Positions 61,015-64,000 of a stretch of DNA of 64,000 bases are shown piece after piece (position 1 is the first letter of the stretch; each line of letters opens with the position of its first letter). Origin of the DNA: an uncultured Anaerolineaceae bacterium (lineage in GTDB: Bacteria > Chloroflexota > Limnocylindria > Limnocylindrales > CSP1-4). Position numbers and translations under genes: made by a program. The DNA lies in contig CAZFGT010000001.1 in assembly GCA_964518505.1 (NCBI GenBank), positions 8-64,007 on the forward strand, given 5' to 3'. The notes below the pieces were generated by a model. The model saw only the letters and a list, made by a program, of their open reading frames with translations. It did not search any database and had not been told where the DNA came from.

Positions 61015-62649
61015 TTAGCCGGCAGGAGTGGCGACGTCGACGTCCAGGCGCGGGAAGACCGGGGTGGCCGTCCCGACGCGTCCCCGCTCCGCCGCGTGGG
61101 CGCCCCAGCGCAGCTCGTCGGCCAGCGGCGGGCCACCGTTGCCGTCGGGTCCATAGAGGTACTCGTACCCCAGTTGCGCGAGGATCCGCGGGGCCGCCTG
61201 GGGCATGAACGGGGCCGCGGCGAGCGCCACCAGCCGGCAGGCCTCGACGAGGTCGCCCAGGACACCGCGTAACCGCTCCCCTGCCCCGGCATCCCCACTC
61301 GCGGCCGCCTTGGCCAGGACCCACGGCTTCTCCAGGTCGACCAGCTGGTTGGCCGCCCCCACGAGGCCCCACAGGCCGGCCAGCGCATCGTGCAGCAGGT
61401 ACCCCGCCAGCCCGGCCGACCACGCCGCCTGCGCGTGCGTCCACGCAGCGACGATGGAGCCTACGACGGCCGTGGGCGCCGGTCGCTCGCCCTCGAGGTA
61501 GCGGTTGGCCATCGTGACGGTCCGGTTGACGAGGTTGCCCAGGTCGTTGGCCAGGTCGGCGTTATAGCGACGGACGAACGAGTCCCACGACACGTCGCTG
61601 TCACGGTCGAACGCCACTTCCCGCAGCGTGCAGTAGCGGGCGCCGTCCGAGCCCAGGGCCGCCACGACGTCGATCGGGTCGAGGAAGTTGCCGCGGCTCT
61701 TGCTCATCCGCTCGCCCTGCACGAGCAGCCAGCCGTGGACCCAGACGAGGCGCGGCAGCGGCAGGCCAGCGCTCATCAGCATGGCCGGCCATACGATGGT
61801 GTGGAGGCGGTTGATGTCCTTGCCGATGATCTGGACATCGGCCGGCCACCACCGTTCGAAGCGGGCGGTGTCATCGGGGAAGCCCACCCCGGTGATGTAG
61901 TTGGTCAGGGCGTCGAACCAGACGTAGACCGTGCCCGCCGCGGGGTCCCACGACCCGTCGGGCAGCTGCGCGGACGAGCCGTCCTCGCGGATGGGGAACG
62001 GGATGCCCCACGGCGCCCCCTCACGGCTGACCGAGAAGTCCTCCAGGCCCTGGCGCATGAAGCCCAGCATCTCGTTGCGGCGGTACTCGGGCTGGACCCA
62101 CTCGGGATGGTCGGCGAAATAGCGCTCCAGGCGCTCCTGGTAGGCCGAGAGGCGGAAGAACCAGTTGCGCTCGGACAGCCACTGCAGCTCGATCGTGGGG
62201 TGGTTGGCGCAGTGGGTGCCGCTGGCATCCTCGACCAGCTGTGACGGCGGGATGAAGCCCTCGTTGGGGCAGTACCAGCCCTCGTACGTGCCCTTGTAGA
62301 GGTCGCCGTTGGCGTAGGCCCGGCGCAGCATCTCGTGGACCGCCACCTGGTGGTCGGGATCGGTGGTCCGGATGAAGCGGTCGGGCGAGATGGTCAGGGC
62401 GTCCTCGGCGGTGCGGAAGAGGGCGACCATGTCGTCCACGAAGGCCTTGGGGGTCGTGCCCCGCTCGGTGGCCGTCTGGGCGATGTTGACCGAGTACTCG
62501 TCCGTGCCGGTCAGGAAGTACGTGTCGTCGCCCCGCATGCGGTGCCAGCGGGCGATGGTGTCGGCCCCCACGACCTCGAAGAGCGTATGCAGCCCGGGCC
62601 GGCTGTTGGCATACGCGATGGCCGTCGTGAGGTAGAAGCGATCCGTCAT
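61015..62649 (-). CDS. metG: Methionine--tRNA ligase (short form)
   Basis: TGTDEY, YVWFDAL, IGKDI and RMSKSRGN motifs; the HIGH position reads GLHT. Confidence 0.92.
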   Translation of the reverse strand: MTDRFYLTTAIAYANSRPGLHTLFEVVGADTIARWHRMRGDDTYFLTGTDEYSVNIAQTATERGTTPKAFVDDMVALFRTAEDALTISPDRFIRTTDPDHQVAVHEMLRRAYANGDLYKGTYEGWYCPNEGFIPPSQLVEDASGTHCANHPTIELQWLSERNWFFRLSAYQERLERYFADHPEWVQPEYRRNEMLGFMRQGLEDFSVSREGAPWGIPFPIREDGSSAQLPDGSWDPAAGTVYVWFDALTNYITGVGFPDDTARFERWWPADVQIIGKDINRLHTIVWPAMLMSAGLPLPRLVWVHGWLLVQGERMSKSRGNFLDPIDVVAALGSDGARYCTLREVAFDRDSDVSWDSFVRRYNADLANDLGNLVNRTVTMANRYLEGERPAPTAVVGSIVAAWTHAQAAWSAGLAGYLLHDALAGLWGLVGAANQLVDLEKPWVLAKAAASGDAGAGERLRGVLGDLVEACRLVALAAAPFMPQAAPRILAQLGYEYLYGPDGNGGPPLADELRWGAHAAERGRVGTATPVFPRLDVDVATPAG

Positions 62650-62849
62650 CCGGGCGACCAGTCGCGATAGGGACCAGTCCAGGTGATGGCCGCCTCGGCT
62701 ACCTCGTGGGCGGCATGGACCAGCGCCTCGCGGGGTTTGGGCTTGGGCACGTCGCCGTGCGTGATGGTGGCCGGATAGGTGATCGCGGCGACCTGGTCGG
62801 CCGGCAGCAGCGCCCGCTTGCAGATGTCGCAGGTGCGCGGTCGGGGCAT
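62646..62849 (-). CDS. Small putative Zn-binding protein (67 aa)
   Basis: CDIC...HAAH; stop overlaps the metG start (ATGA); upstream GAGG. Confidence 0.55.
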   Translation of the reverse strand: MPRPRTCDICKRALLPADQVAAITYPATITHGDVPKPKPREALVHAAHEVAEAAITWTGPYRDWSPG

Positions 62850-62901
62850 CGATGGGACCTCACTGGAAGCACGAAGGCCTGGGAGCCCGATGGTAGAGGC
62901 T

Positions 62902-63735
62902 TCAGCCGCCGGGGTGCTCGGGCGACGGGTGGTCGGCGGCCGCCGCCAGCACGGCCTTGAGCTCGAACGGCGTCAGGCCGGGGTGCTTGCTCAGGACGAG
63001 CGCGGCCAGGCCGGCCACGTGCGGGGCGGCGAAGCTGTTGCCGGTGGCCACGATCCGCCCGCCCTCGCGCCAGGCGACCGGGACGTCGACGCCCCAGGCC
63101 CCGAATTCCACCGGCGGTTCCGGGTTGTAGTAGAGCCGGAAGGGGTCGGGCACGTCGTGGGCCGCCACCGAGCAGACCGACGCGAACAGCGACGGGTAGC
63201 TGGGGCCGGGCACGTTGTTGGCGGCGCAGACGAGCGCCGTGCGGTGGAAGTAGGCCTCGTCGGCGACCGCATGGAAGTCCCCGAACAGGGCCTCGCTCTT
63301 CGACGAGAGGCTGAGATTGGCCACGGGCACGCCGTGCTCGATGGCCCAGTCCAGGGCAGCCAGGAAGGCCGCACCCTTGCCCCGCAGGTCGGCCCCGAGC
63401 ACGCGGATGGAGACCAGCTCGACCTCCGGGGCCAGGCCCACGATGATGCCGCCGCAGGCGGTGCCATGGCCGAAGAGGTCGCCCGCGTCGTCGGCCACGA
63501 GGCGCGGCTCGCCGTCGACCAGCTCCACGGCCACCGATTCCACGAGGCGGCCGGCAAGGGCCGGGTGGTCGCGTTCGAGCCCCGAGTCGATGATGGCCAC
63601 GGTGACCCCGCGGCCCGTCGCGCCCTCCCACGCCCAGGCACGATCGAGGCGTTCCAGGCTCGCGTCGCGTGCCAGCCGGGCCCGTGCCTCGACGGCGAAC
63701 GGCTCCGACCACGCGGGGAGCGCCTCTTCGGTCAC
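62902..63735 (-). CDS. Subtilisin-like serine peptidase (S8), no signal peptide
   Basis: IIDSG, GHGTACG and TGNSFAAPHVAG catalytic triad motifs. Confidence 0.92.
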   Translation of the reverse strand: MTEEALPAWSEPFAVEARARLARDASLERLDRAWAWEGATGRGVTVAIIDSGLERDHPALAGRLVESVAVELVDGEPRLVADDAGDLFGHGTACGGIIVGLAPEVELVSIRVLGADLRGKGAAFLAALDWAIEHGVPVANLSLSSKSEALFGDFHAVADEAYFHRTALVCAANNVPGPSYPSLFASVCSVAAHDVPDPFRLYYNPEPPVEFGAWGVDVPVAWREGGRIVATGNSFAAPHVAGLAALVLSKHPGLTPFELKAVLAAAADHPSPEHPGG

Positions 63736-64000
63736 CTGGCCGTGCGGGACGCCCTCGCGCCGGGGCGACGCGCGGCGGAGGCATAGGCCCCCAGCGCGGC
63801 CACGATGTCCGCCGCCAGCGCCTGCTCGCGCTCGCCGATGCCCTGCAGGCCGGCGAGCCCGTCGACGAGGCGCCAGAACGGCATGTCGCCCGCGCCATCC
63901 AGGCCCTGCGTGAGATCCGCCACGAGTCGTTCGAGGCCGGCCGGGTCGAGGTCGCCGGCGTCGTCGATGCTGCGCAGCGCCTCGCGCATCAGGCTGGCCA
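63732..64000 (-). CDS. C-terminal part of a hypothetical helical protein (5' truncated by the window)
   Basis: Frame is open to the window edge; stop overlaps the S8 start (GTGA). Confidence 0.55.
   Translation of the reverse strand, partial: ASLMREALRSIDDAGDLDPAGLERLVADLTQGLDGAGDMPFWRLVDGLAGLQGIGEREQALAADIVAALGAYASAARRPGARASRTAR

Overview
Very GC-rich bacterial chromosome segment, roughly 70+% GC by eye. The gene set and signatures (UPF0182, FtsA-like plus baseplate-J-like pair, KMGRG-type EF-P, short MetG) suggest Chloroflexota, possibly a Limnocylindria-like lineage; this is inference. Most of the window is minus-strand housekeeping: metG, tatD, groES-groEL with a CIRCE operator, pcrA, ligA, typA, iscS-mnmA-alaS-ftsA-like-baseplateJ-like-ruvX-mltG-pepP-efp-xseAB, and dxs-tlyA-nadK-xerD-...-scpA-scpB-rluB/cmk-plsC-ispH-der, plus tRNA-Pro(GGG). 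An accessory block at about 0-13 kb carries a choline-kinase-like gene, tryptophanase, UPF0182, a J-domain fusion, VOC proteins, tandem ATP-grasp-like paralogues and a frameshifted SnoaL-like gene. No transposase, prophage or CRISPR array was seen. Highlights: (1) two distinct families of REPIN/MITE-like inverted-repeat elements, each present twice, with divergent but length-matched spacers; (2) an orphan FtsA-like actin paired with a bitopic baseplate-J-like protein upstream of mltG; (3) a candidate 6S-like rod RNA downstream of xseB; (4) pervasive leaderless promoters; (5) a degenerate GGDEF protein with an intact I-site; (6) a MetRS whose HIGH motif reads GLHT. All calls come from manual motif reading, with no database searches.
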